Positions 19,700-28,997 of a stretch of 64,000 nt of DNA are shown piece after piece (positions within the stretch are counted from its first letter, which is position 1; each line of letters starts with the position of its first letter). The notes under the pieces are model-generated. The model was not told where the DNA came from. It did not search any database and saw only the letters and a program-made list of their open reading frames with translations. The stretch is from positions 124,001 through 188,000 of the IMG/VR virus record IMGVR_UViG_3300032294_002797; one strand, given 5' to 3'. Both the position numbers and the translations under genes were made by a program.

Positions 19700-20222
19700 T
19701 TATCTCTAATGGATCAATTTTTTGTATTAGATTATTCGGGTCATTGTACCCATAAGTTGGCTTAATTTGGCTAAAATCTGGCTGTAATATTCTAATATCT
19801 TTGTATGATGAAAAATAGGGGCCAGAGATAGAACTATAATGACAGTATATGGCTACTATCTTTTTATTATAGTGAGATGCAAGATGCACAGGCAAACTAT
19901 CAAAACCTAAATGTAATTCTGAGTGTTTTATCAAATACGCCAAATTATTATAAGAAGTAGCTCCAAGATACTCTGTGTTAATACCATTAAATCTATGGTC
20001 GATCAGTCCGCCGACTTGTACAATCTCATGATCAAATTCTTTATGCTGCAATAGTGTGTCGATAACTATTTGCCAATGTTCGTATTGTCTGGACGAACCC
20101 TTAGGATTGAAGCCATGAAAAGTTATGTACTTATTTTTTGGCAGAGGCATGCTTTCTTCTTTGATAAAACATTTACCAATTTGAGCACCACAAGACACGG
20201 CGTATGTTTCTAATAAATGCAT
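19665..20222 (-). CDS. GT9-like glycosyltransferase, C-terminal domain only
   Basis: IVQVGG...LAYLIKHSELHLGFDSLPVHLASHYNKKIVAIY; no N-terminal GD motif. Confidence 0.75.
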   Translation of the reverse strand: MHLLETYAVSCGAQIGKCFIKEESMPLPKNKYITFHGFNPKGSSRQYEHWQIVIDTLLQHKEFDHEIVQVGGLIDHRFNGINTEYLGATSYNNLAYLIKHSELHLGFDSLPVHLASHYNKKIVAIYCHYSSISGPYFSSYKDIRILQPDFSQIKPTYGYNDPNNLIQKIDPLEISEAVLSLLCGK

Positions 20223-20223
20223 T

Positions 20224-20661
20224 TTATTTCTTTATATTAAAGGCTATTTTTGTTTGACCATTATTCAAATAGTTTAAGTGTCTTTGAGTAAAAATAGATA
20301 AAATAATGCTTATATCAAAAAGACCTTTCCATAATCCCGACCCCTCCATCGCTATCTGGTTCTCCATGATGGGATAGTATTTGATCACTTTGTATATATG
20401 AGGATTATCCTCTAAAATACGAAAATATTCAGGTTTGCAAGCATAATAAATGTATGATTCAGGATATAGCTCTTTGAATGACTCCAATAAGCTAGTAGAT
20501 AAGAAAATATCACCAGCACTTTCCGGTAAAATGAGTAGTATATTTAATTTATCGGTGGTGTCTACAAGACTATTAATAATATCTATTTGTTCTTGTTCTT
20601 TTGATATCATGGTATTTATCAAACAGACTGTCGTGATATAGGAAATTTGTGAATGATACAA
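20224..20661 (-). CDS. GT9-like glycosyltransferase, N-terminal domain only (true start probably MISKEQ near 20610)
   Basis: LPESAGDIFLSTSLLESFKELYP...LEDNPHIYKVI. Confidence 0.7.
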   Translation of the reverse strand: MYHSQISYITTVCLINTMISKEQEQIDIINSLVDTTDKLNILLILPESAGDIFLSTSLLESFKELYPESYIYYACKPEYFRILEDNPHIYKVIKYYPIMENQIAMEGSGLWKGLFDISIILSIFTQRHLNYLNNGQTKIAFNIKK

Positions 20662-21236
20662 TAAAATAGGCGATCAATGACTATTTTTTCGTAAAGAATA
20701 TCGCTATTGTCGAAATATTCTAAAATTGCTTTTTCTACTCCCAAACCATGATGTCGTTTATAATGATTGAAAACCATAACGCCTCCCTCTACTAATCTGG
20801 GCCAAAATAAATTGATGGCTGCTTTTGTGGATTCATATAAATCTAAATCTATATGAACCAAGCTAAATTTTTCATCGGTTAAAAATGATGCAGATTCGGG
20901 GAGCCATCCGGGGAAAAAAAGACAGTTGGGTTTGTCGTCCAGATAATCTTTAACTTGTAGTAAGGAGGTATCAGAGAAATCACCTTTTCTATGGTCACTG
21001 GGCAGAACATCGTTTTCATGAATACCGTCAAAAGAATCAAACAAAAATATTTTTTTATTAGGAAAAATAGTAGCTAATAATCTAGCGCTACCCCCTTTAT
21101 ATACTCCGCATTCAGCTATGTCACCAGGAAGATTTTTTTTAAGAATATTAACGGAGGCCCCCTCCAAAACAGACATTTTTGGACCCAGCAAAGAATTATC
21201 GGGCTTCTGACTAAATGCTGATTCTATATAGGACAT
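20619..21236 (-). CDS. TylF/MycF-family O-methyltransferase
   Basis: GDIAECGVYKGGS, FLFDSFDG, VHIDLDLYES. Confidence 0.88.
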   Translation of the reverse strand: MSYIESAFSQKPDNSLLGPKMSVLEGASVNILKKNLPGDIAECGVYKGGSARLLATIFPNKKIFLFDSFDGIHENDVLPSDHRKGDFSDTSLLQVKDYLDDKPNCLFFPGWLPESASFLTDEKFSLVHIDLDLYESTKAAINLFWPRLVEGGVMVFNHYKRHHGLGVEKAILEYFDNSDILYEKIVIDRLFYCIIHKFPISRQSV

Positions 21237-21637
21237 ATATTTGCTTTTATGGATAAAAGTATGCTAGATGTAGATACCGATGATATTTTGGGGAACAAAA
21301 TAGTTGCTCTACTATGTTCTGATCCAATCACGGTCTTATCTCTATAATCATCTCCAACCACTATAGTATCAACATCATTATTTTTAATCAAGCCTCTTAG
21401 TGCATCGTCGCTATTAAAAATATAGACACTATCTATATACTTTATAGACTCTAATAACATTTTTCTATTTTGTTCATTATTAATTGGTCTATTGGAACCT
21501 TTGAGTAGTTTTACTCTCTCGTCTCCGTCTATACCAACAATGAGTTTATCTCCTAGTGATTTAGCATATTCAAAGAGTTTGATATGTCCTATGTGTAATA
21601 TATCAAAACATCCATTTGTCCAAATCGTACGACTCAT
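21224..21637 (-). CDS. RfaE domain II/HldC-like sugar-1-phosphate nucleotidyltransferase
   Basis: WTNGCFDILHIGH, KGSNRPIN, VGDDY, STS. Confidence 0.88.
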   Translation of the reverse strand: MSRTIWTNGCFDILHIGHIKLFEYAKSLGDKLIVGIDGDERVKLLKGSNRPINNEQNRKMLLESIKYIDSVYIFNSDDALRGLIKNNDVDTIVVGDDYRDKTVIGSEHSRATILFPKISSVSTSSILLSIKANICPI

Positions 21638-22392
21638 GGTGTTACTACTCCAAACTGACCTACGACCTTAGAAGCACATTGATTAGCAAACATAATAGCG
21701 TTTTCAATATTAGCATGTTGTACATAGGCTATAACTAATGCTGCTAAAAAAGTATCTCCAGCACCACAAACATCTCTTAATATTACTTTGTCGGTAGGAA
21801 ATTGTCTTTTGGACCCATTTTGATATAATGATGCTCCGTCTTCTCCTTCTGTGACTATTAACGAGCAGTGTTTAATGCTCGTAGCATCCGTTACATTTTG
21901 TTTAAATTCATTGGAGTTAATTTTAATGTAATCTACAGCTTGGGTTAAGATTGAACAGACAGACTTTTTGGTATCTAAAAAGGTCACGCAGGATTCTTTT
22001 TTTTGCGAACAAATTTTACTAATATCATCTGAGCTTAAGAAACCTTTACAATAGTCCGAAAAAACTATCACATCATAATTACTAAAATCATACCCGTCAA
22101 TATCTATGGGCTCACAAACATCATTAATATCTTCTCTAAAAACAATAGTATTATATTTTTTATCTACAAATCGTTTTTTAATTATATTAGATCTGGTAGT
22201 GATTAATTCTATATTATGATTTGTATTCAAAGCTAATAAATTTTGGTAAACATTACCAGCCATACCAGGATTGAATGTTATATCTTCATTGTGCTTGAAA
22301 CACAAGGCTGCCGCTTCTGGACACACCCTGTCGCATGTGCCATACACATACTGATCGGTACAAGATTCTCCTATTACAGCTATTCTGATCAT
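21634..22392 (-). CDS. PfkB-family kinase, RfaE domain I/HldA-like
   Basis: IAVIGESCTDQYVYGTCDRVCPEA, SDYCKG, DVCGAGDTF. Confidence 0.88.
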   Translation of the reverse strand: MIRIAVIGESCTDQYVYGTCDRVCPEAAALCFKHNEDITFNPGMAGNVYQNLLALNTNHNIELITTRSNIIKKRFVDKKYNTIVFREDINDVCEPIDIDGYDFSNYDVIVFSDYCKGFLSSDDISKICSQKKESCVTFLDTKKSVCSILTQAVDYIKINSNEFKQNVTDATSIKHCSLIVTEGEDGASLYQNGSKRQFPTDKVILRDVCGAGDTFLAALVIAYVQHANIENAIMFANQCASKVVGQFGVVTP

Positions 22393-22682
22393 GAGAAAAA
22401 TATTTCTGAGTTTATAGACTTGTCATCAATATAAAGATCATAAACTGGTTTATGAAATAATAATGAATGATATAAACAACCCCAGCTATTAAGCTGCTGA
22501 ATAGTTAGTGATTGCCAATCAATGCCACTTTTTGATCCTCTTGCGGTCCAGTATACTATAGTATGACCACTATTATATAACAAGTTAATTTTTTCTATAC
22601 GCGTTTTTATTGGTTGCGAATTAACATAATCACTACCGGATGTTAAGCATATGGTATTGTCTATATCTACTGCGTATATCAT
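22389..22682 (-). CDS. Small HAD-superfamily phosphatase
   Basis: DIDNTI, YWTARG, KP..DLYIDDK. Confidence 0.85.
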   Translation of the reverse strand: MIYAVDIDNTICLTSGSDYVNSQPIKTRIEKINLLYNSGHTIVYWTARGSKSGIDWQSLTIQQLNSWGCLYHSLLFHKPVYDLYIDDKSINSEIFFS

Positions 22683-23059
22683 GGTATACTAGGTATGATC
22701 CTATATGAATCATTATCATCATGATGAGTAGAAATCTCTATAAAATCGCAAGGAGTATCCGTATTATTACTAGAAAACCTATGTACAGTATATGGTTCTA
22801 TAGTGAAAGATTCCCCCTTTTTTAGTATAATCGTATCTACTAAGTCCAAATTCCATATATCCTCATTCATGTTCTGCGAATACTTGAGAAGCAATTCTCC
22901 GTCGATCACATAAAAAGTCTCTTTTTTATTTTTGTGAAAATGGGCAGAGCACCATTTATTTGGTTTTACATGAAGATGTTTGCCACAATATAGGTCATTA
23001 TTTTCTATCCATATTTCATATCCCCAAACTTTATCTACAAATTTATGCATACATAACAT
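22679..23059 (-). CDS. Cupin-fold sugar isomerase/epimerase
   Basis: KVWGYE, SAHFHKNKKETFYV, PYTVHRF, EIST. Confidence 0.8.
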   Translation of the reverse strand: MLCMHKFVDKVWGYEIWIENNDLYCGKHLHVKPNKWCSAHFHKNKKETFYVIDGELLLKYSQNMNEDIWNLDLVDTIILKKGESFTIEPYTVHRFSSNNTDTPCDFIEISTHHDDNDSYRIIPSIP

Positions 23060-23104
23060 CTCCGTGTAATAGATTTAATATTATAGATTGGATACGTGAT
23101 AACG

Positions 23105-25555
23105 TCAAGGAGCCAAAAAGCTAAATGATGGAGGCCCGCATATCAACTGATCCAATGACGGATCCCATGTTCCTTCTTCTAGACTAATGCCTGTTTGAGT
23201 CACACTAGGATGGTAATATCCTTTGGTAACGCTACCCAGATTAGACGAACCGATATAAAATCTAGCCTCTCCAAAAATAAATCCGTAGTTTACTGATCCG
23301 GACCCAAATGAAGCTACGCCAATACCTGTGCCTATATTATTGCTATTTTCACAATATGAAATATTATCAGCAGTGATTTTACCTTCATTATTAGAATCAT
23401 ATAATGAAACATTGTTAGCAAATAATTGCGTATTTTTTTTACATGTGCTTCCACCAAAAAAACCAACAGAATTAATATAAGATTGTCCACTTGGGGTTGA
23501 GGCACCATCGACGAATAATGCGGACTGTGAGACAACAGCATAAACCAACTTGGCATTGCCCATAATCAATCCTTGTATGAAAGATTTAGAAAAGAATTGA
23601 CTATTATCACTCAAACTTACTTTAGTTACTGCACCAGAAACTTTAGCATTGTCATAAGCATCAATCATAGTATGAACACCATTACCAGCAGAACTTTGAT
23701 CTCTAAGAGTTATTAATCCCTTGCTGTTTAAGCATATGGATGAGTCATACAAAGTGCCCATTGTATCTAAATTTTCGACTTTAGAATTGTCATATAACTT
23801 AATATTGCCTGATCCTTTGATTGTCTCCACCCAGCTATTGTCATACAATTGAAGTGATCCACTATAGCTGGTCATCGTTATTTCTTTAGCATAACTAGTA
23901 TCGTACATGCTACAGATGCCGCTATTAATAGTAATAGTACCGCTACTCTTAGTATTAGAGTAACAATTCAAAAAGCCACTTGGTAATGTAGCACCAACTA
24001 TACTACTAGTATCATAAAAATTAGTATTTATTAAACTAGCATTCGAGGACATGCCGCTATTATAAAAAGATGCTTCCCAGAGCGGCCCAATGTTTGTGGA
24101 TTTATCGTAGAATAAGTGGCCTGTTCCGGCAACTTTATTAATACTCTCATTCTTAAATATACCATTAGATATAGTGCCGTTATTTTGAGATTGGTCAAAA
24201 AATAAACAAGTCGTCGGTTGACCCATATTCTGAGAATTACAATAAAATTCCGCAGCACCTCCGAAGCCATAATTGAGACTACCACATAAATAATGACCCT
24301 TATTTACTAAACCATAGTTATATGAGCCATCAAAATAAATTTCGCTACCGGAGCCATAATTTATAGACTGTTGATTAAAGCTAATATTATTACCTTTAAT
24401 AGAACCAGAATTTATAGAGTTTTCAAAACTAAATGATCCTTCTATGATTCCTTTTTCTTTATTAAGACTAGATACAAAAGAAGCATTATTGTCAACTAAG
24501 CAGAATGCATTATTAGTTAATTTTAAAGCTCCAGAAGCACTTACAGTCAAACGACCATAATTAGTAATATGTGGCTTAGATAATCCAGATACAGATGATA
24601 AAGATAATACTCCGCTATTACTAATAGAACCCAAGAAATGTGTTGTATTTATTGTACCACTAGCTAGGATCATATTGTCTTGATTTTGAGATTCTAATGT
24701 TTGTGATACAATATTTCCATTAATTGTCACACTGTTCTGTAAATCAAGGGTGTCCGCAGATATACTAGATCCGGCCAGTATACGACTATTTGATATTGAT
24801 AATAGTTTATTATTACTACCTTCTTGAGAAATAGTACTCTTTATGTCGCAGTCTGTTAAAGTGCCTAATTCACAAAAAATACTACAATCAATAAGTGGAG
24901 TATTGGAACAGTCAAAAACTATGGTTTCCAGCGCACACTCAGCAATAGAACTATTTTCTATTTTTATATATTCTGTATTAGCTGCAATACTATCTATTTT
25001 TGTATTATTTTTTATATCTATATCAGAGCATGTAATATTGATATTATAGAGGTAAGCATCGGTAATTTCTAAATTGTTGGTGGATACCACTCCGTCTGCA
25101 TAGGTTGCATTATTAACTTTAGTATTATATGCATTTAATTCTTTATTATTCAAGCCTATATTATCTATTTTGATTTGACTATTGGAAGACAGATAGCCTA
25201 TACTATATGTAGGATCTATAGTATACCATCCATGGGTTGCTCGTAAAGGATTATTGGCCATGATACCGCTAAGGGCTTCTCCAGTAGGGTGTCTAGGATT
25301 ATTATCCCCTTCAGCTGTAAAAACCCCTTTACTAGAACCTTGTATGGTTAAAATTCTATCTTGTTTATCAAAAGTTGTAGTAATAGAGCCTATCCCGCTA
25401 AGACCACAACTTCCCGCATTAACCATATTAATAGTTTCATCGTTCTTAATAACACCTATAATTTCTATGTCCTCAATAGGTCTAGGTACTCTTTTGCTCG
25501 GAATAGATCCGTCTGGATCTAATGAATATTTATTAGTATTACATAAATTAATCAT
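23105..25555 (-). CDS. Large S/N/G-rich beta-helix repeat virion/fibre protein
   Basis: Recurring FxDxSxNxG and LYDxS repeats; 816 aa. Confidence 0.7.
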   Translation of the reverse strand: MINLCNTNKYSLDPDGSIPSKRVPRPIEDIEIIGVIKNDETINMVNAGSCGLSGIGSITTTFDKQDRILTIQGSSKGVFTAEGDNNPRHPTGEALSGIMANNPLRATHGWYTIDPTYSIGYLSSNSQIKIDNIGLNNKELNAYNTKVNNATYADGVVSTNNLEITDAYLYNINITCSDIDIKNNTKIDSIAANTEYIKIENSSIAECALETIVFDCSNTPLIDCSIFCELGTLTDCDIKSTISQEGSNNKLLSISNSRILAGSSISADTLDLQNSVTINGNIVSQTLESQNQDNMILASGTINTTHFLGSISNSGVLSLSSVSGLSKPHITNYGRLTVSASGALKLTNNAFCLVDNNASFVSSLNKEKGIIEGSFSFENSINSGSIKGNNISFNQQSINYGSGSEIYFDGSYNYGLVNKGHYLCGSLNYGFGGAAEFYCNSQNMGQPTTCLFFDQSQNNGTISNGIFKNESINKVAGTGHLFYDKSTNIGPLWEASFYNSGMSSNASLINTNFYDTSSIVGATLPSGFLNCYSNTKSSGTITINSGICSMYDTSYAKEITMTSYSGSLQLYDNSWVETIKGSGNIKLYDNSKVENLDTMGTLYDSSICLNSKGLITLRDQSSAGNGVHTMIDAYDNAKVSGAVTKVSLSDNSQFFSKSFIQGLIMGNAKLVYAVVSQSALFVDGASTPSGQSYINSVGFFGGSTCKKNTQLFANNVSLYDSNNEGKITADNISYCENSNNIGTGIGVASFGSGSVNYGFIFGEARFYIGSSNLGSVTKGYYHPSVTQTGISLEEGTWDPSLDQLICGPPSFSFLAP

Positions 25556-27431
25556 ATTGAAAATACATAGTTTGTTCTTGCATCAGTTCTTTTATTCTCA
25601 TTACAGGATAATATTTTTGATGTTCTAGCTCTTGTTTTGGAAAGCCTTCAGATAAGGAAACCGCCATAACATATCCCATAGTTCTTTGTTGAGGATTACA
25701 TCTATATGGTTCACACTTATATTCTTCTGTATGTCCTCCACAACCAGCTAATTCTAGGATAACATCTGGGTCTTGGCAATCGTCAAATAAAGGATTACAC
25801 GGACCTTGGTTTTTGCAACCAAGATACTCTCTATCCGGATAGTATGTTAACATACACTTCAAGTGAGATTCTGTAACTAAAAAACACCCATCCGGCAATG
25901 GTCCCCAAGACGGATGTCCCCCATTGATCCATTTACCCCACGGACAGGACAATACATAGACGCATTCATTAAACTCTAATTTTGTATCGTCGTACCCTAT
26001 AATAGTATAAGTATTATAAGAGATTCTATCGGGGTATGATAAGCCACTAGAGTCTCTGGTATTAGGAAATCCTACATTTGAGAATAGTATAACTCCATAT
26101 CCGTTCCATAATAAGTCTTTTATTTCATTCGCCATTTTTTGAGTATCAGAAACAGGAGATCTGCCTGAAGATGCCGTAGCATATAACAATAAAGAAATAG
26201 TTCTAGCTCTCAGGATATAATCAGTAATATTATTTTCTATCGGATCTATATATTCGTTTTCTTCATAATTCCATAAATTTTTTCCTTGAAAATATTCCAG
26301 CAAAGTATCATCCATTATGGCGTAATGATTAGATCCACTATTATCAATTAAATTAATATATCCTCCATATAACTTTCTTTCTAAAAGACCAATGTGTCTT
26401 AATTTATATGAATAAGCTACATATTTACTAACATCTGTTTTATCAGTAGCAAAATTACTATAACCAATATATATCCAAGTAGTATTATCTTTAAAAGCTA
26501 ATCCTGTCCCATTAGTAATCTTTGCCGGAGATGCGCCTATGATTTCTTGTATTTTATTTTTTCTATCAGCAGTTAATGTTGTTGAATTTGTATTGAGATC
26601 TTTAAGAACAGCAAAGTTATCAACATCCCTGAAATCTATAATTTTTGTGGGCCTAATATTTATGCCAATAGTGTCCTCATCAACAGGCATCAAATATCCA
26701 AAATCTAGTCTCGTGGTCATCGGAGCTTTACAACATATGTTTAAGCGCACTAACCCTCCCGCACAACACGGATCATCTGGAGGAGAATTTTCATCACAAA
26801 ATCCACAACTACGACACTGAGGCTCTGGACGACCACTAGTTTGTCCCGGCGGTATCATACAACTTCTTATACCTCCAGCCACACCCCATCCGTCTCCTGG
26901 TAAACAACCCATTCCTTTATATAATTGTGAATCAGACGTTTCATTTGTAGACGGCGCTCGTCCAACATCAGCCACACTTTCTGGTACCAAATCCGGCCCG
27001 GCTACCATTAAACAATCAGGCAATGAATTCTCACCAAAATGCTCTAGATATTCTGAGCCCATTCGGTGAAACCATAGATTTTTAGTATCATCAGCGGTTA
27101 ATTTACAAGATCTTGCTATATCGCACGCATTACGAACAGAATGAGATGTTGTGCTTTTTAAAGCGGCAGCACTTTCTGTAAAAGCTTCTATATCTAAACT
27201 TTGTAAAAATTTAAAGGGTAGTCCTATTTTGCCTAATCCTGTATCTTTGATTAAAGCATAATCCGGAGTATCTCCTATGCATGGATATTTAACATGTTTT
27301 AGAAATTGCACTAATCTTCTAGAATGCCATGGTGTGACTTTACCGTTAGGTCCATCACCTCTTAGTGTGTCATTAACATCTTCACATGGCTGAACAGAAG
27401 CAGATTCGTATAGTTCTTGTGGTGTTAACAT
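25548..27431 (-). CDS. Catalytically inactive papain-like (C1) peptidase paralogue with Cys-rich insertions
   Basis: Aligns by eye with 31134..32060 (SHSVRNACDIAR vs SHATRNACDISR; WGKWINGGHPSWGPLPDG vs WGKWNDGGHPDWGPIPDG) but lacks the catalytic Cys, His and Asn. Confidence 0.8.
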   Translation of the reverse strand: MLTPQELYESASVQPCEDVNDTLRGDGPNGKVTPWHSRRLVQFLKHVKYPCIGDTPDYALIKDTGLGKIGLPFKFLQSLDIEAFTESAAALKSTTSHSVRNACDIARSCKLTADDTKNLWFHRMGSEYLEHFGENSLPDCLMVAGPDLVPESVADVGRAPSTNETSDSQLYKGMGCLPGDGWGVAGGIRSCMIPPGQTSGRPEPQCRSCGFCDENSPPDDPCCAGGLVRLNICCKAPMTTRLDFGYLMPVDEDTIGINIRPTKIIDFRDVDNFAVLKDLNTNSTTLTADRKNKIQEIIGASPAKITNGTGLAFKDNTTWIYIGYSNFATDKTDVSKYVAYSYKLRHIGLLERKLYGGYINLIDNSGSNHYAIMDDTLLEYFQGKNLWNYEENEYIDPIENNITDYILRARTISLLLYATASSGRSPVSDTQKMANEIKDLLWNGYGVILFSNVGFPNTRDSSGLSYPDRISYNTYTIIGYDDTKLEFNECVYVLSCPWGKWINGGHPSWGPLPDGCFLVTESHLKCMLTYYPDREYLGCKNQGPCNPLFDDCQDPDVILELAGCGGHTEEYKCEPYRCNPQQRTMGYVMAVSLSEGFPKQELEHQKYYPVMRIKELMQEQTMYFQYD

Positions 27432-27445
27432 AAAAATACTATTTA

Positions 27446-28978
27446 TTAATCTATTGGATCTACTTCCATATGTCTGTGTCCATTTGCTACTACTGCATCT
27501 ATATTGCCAGCAGAAATTGTTGTTGTACTCACGGAAACATTTGACATGGATCCAGCGTTATAATAATAACCAGCCCATCCGATTATACAACTGGGGTAGG
27601 TGCAGCTGGCTATAATCGACCCATAAGCATTTTCTATATTATGATAAAATGCTAAAAAATGGATTTTTTTTTGAAAAACCGTAACAGACCCTATACTTGT
27701 GTGGTTTGTGGTTATAATTTGATCAGTGTAGTCATAGTCTGGAGCAGAATCGAGCATAAGATAGGAAGTAATCACAGGGTGGGGTTTTAGTCTAGCCATG
27801 TTAAGAGACACCACCCCTTGAGTAATATTCCCACTATTAACAGAATATCCTGTCCAATTGATGGGTTCTCCATTAGGTCCTGTCATAGATGGATAGACCA
27901 GCGGAAGAGTGGATGTAATGTATATTTCTTTATAATATCCTTCACATTTAACTTTATTATAGTTTAATCGTTTAATATTATTTGGTAAAAACAATGGAAA
28001 GATAAATTGTTGATCTATATTAGATATAGCAGCTAATAGATTATTAGGAGAGATATTACTGGGGATATGTACTTTTTTAAGCAAACCTATCTCATATGGG
28101 TATGGCCAACTGTTTGTGGGTTTCAAATAAATACCAGATCCTGGGTTTGCATTTAAACCGGTGGTAGAGATCATGCCGCTATTAAATTTACCTCCTAGTC
28201 CACCATATACAGAGCCAGCAGATGATGACGAACTAAAAGATATTTCTATATTATTACCAGCTCTAGCATTTAAACCAGTAGTATATATAATACCACTATA
28301 CGGCCATGTATTTTCGAATTCTACTGATATGAGATTGTCTGTTTTGGTATTCAATCCTGTGGTTGAAATAATACCACTCCAATATTTACCTTCTGTTCCT
28401 CCATACTTATTACTAGCCGGGGAGCCTGATTGAAATTGTACTTCGATATTATTTCCTGGTCTAGCATTTAATCCGGACTGATATAACACACCACTATAAG
28501 GCCATATGGTCTCATGTTCTTTAACAATCAGATTTTCTGTACGAGTATTTAATCCTGTCGTAGAAATGATGCCGCTGTAATATGGCGAACCAACCCCGCC
28601 GTATCTGTTAGCTGCTATAGTACCACTATTAAATTGTATATCTATATTATTGCCATTTTTGGCATTGAGGCCCGTAGTAGATATTACTTGTGGACTATGG
28701 GGATAAACCTCGGGATAATCTAAACGAATTAAATTACCAATACTTTGATGAGTAGTGATATAAAATAAATTTTCTCCAGTATTATAGTATCCAGAAAAAC
28801 CGGATATAAAAAAAATCATTTCATTTAATCGAACTATATCTTTACGAATTCTGTCAAGGCTGATTTTCTTATTTTCTGGATATGAGCCCGGAGAATTATA
28901 GCCCGTTACCACAACCATAAGATCGTGGTCATAAATTTTATCTGCTGATTCTAATTGAGATATTTTTGAATCAGGCAT
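27446..28978 (-). CDS. Virion structural protein with an internal (AB)3 repeat
   Basis: N-terminal KISQL fibre-type motif; ISTTGLN-type repeats. Confidence 0.7.
   Translation of the reverse strand: MPDSKISQLESADKIYDHDLMVVVTGYNSPGSYPENKKISLDRIRKDIVRLNEMIFFISGFSGYYNTGENLFYITTHQSIGNLIRLDYPEVYPHSPQVISTTGLNAKNGNNIDIQFNSGTIAANRYGGVGSPYYSGIISTTGLNTRTENLIVKEHETIWPYSGVLYQSGLNARPGNNIEVQFQSGSPASNKYGGTEGKYWSGIISTTGLNTKTDNLISVEFENTWPYSGIIYTTGLNARAGNNIEISFSSSSSAGSVYGGLGGKFNSGMISTTGLNANPGSGIYLKPTNSWPYPYEIGLLKKVHIPSNISPNNLLAAISNIDQQFIFPLFLPNNIKRLNYNKVKCEGYYKEIYITSTLPLVYPSMTGPNGEPINWTGYSVNSGNITQGVVSLNMARLKPHPVITSYLMLDSAPDYDYTDQIITTNHTSIGSVTVFQKKIHFLAFYHNIENAYGSIIASCTYPSCIIGWAGYYYNAGSMSNVSVSTTTISAGNIDAVVANGHRHMEVDPID
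28085..28690 (-). repeat. Intragenic repeat, about 66 aa (198 bp) period, 3 copies
   Basis: TTGLNA..GNNI.I.F.SG......YGG......SG alternates with IISTTGLNT.T.NLI......WPYSG. Confidence 0.85.
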
Positions 28979-28997
28979 AATTAGTATCTACTAAGTT

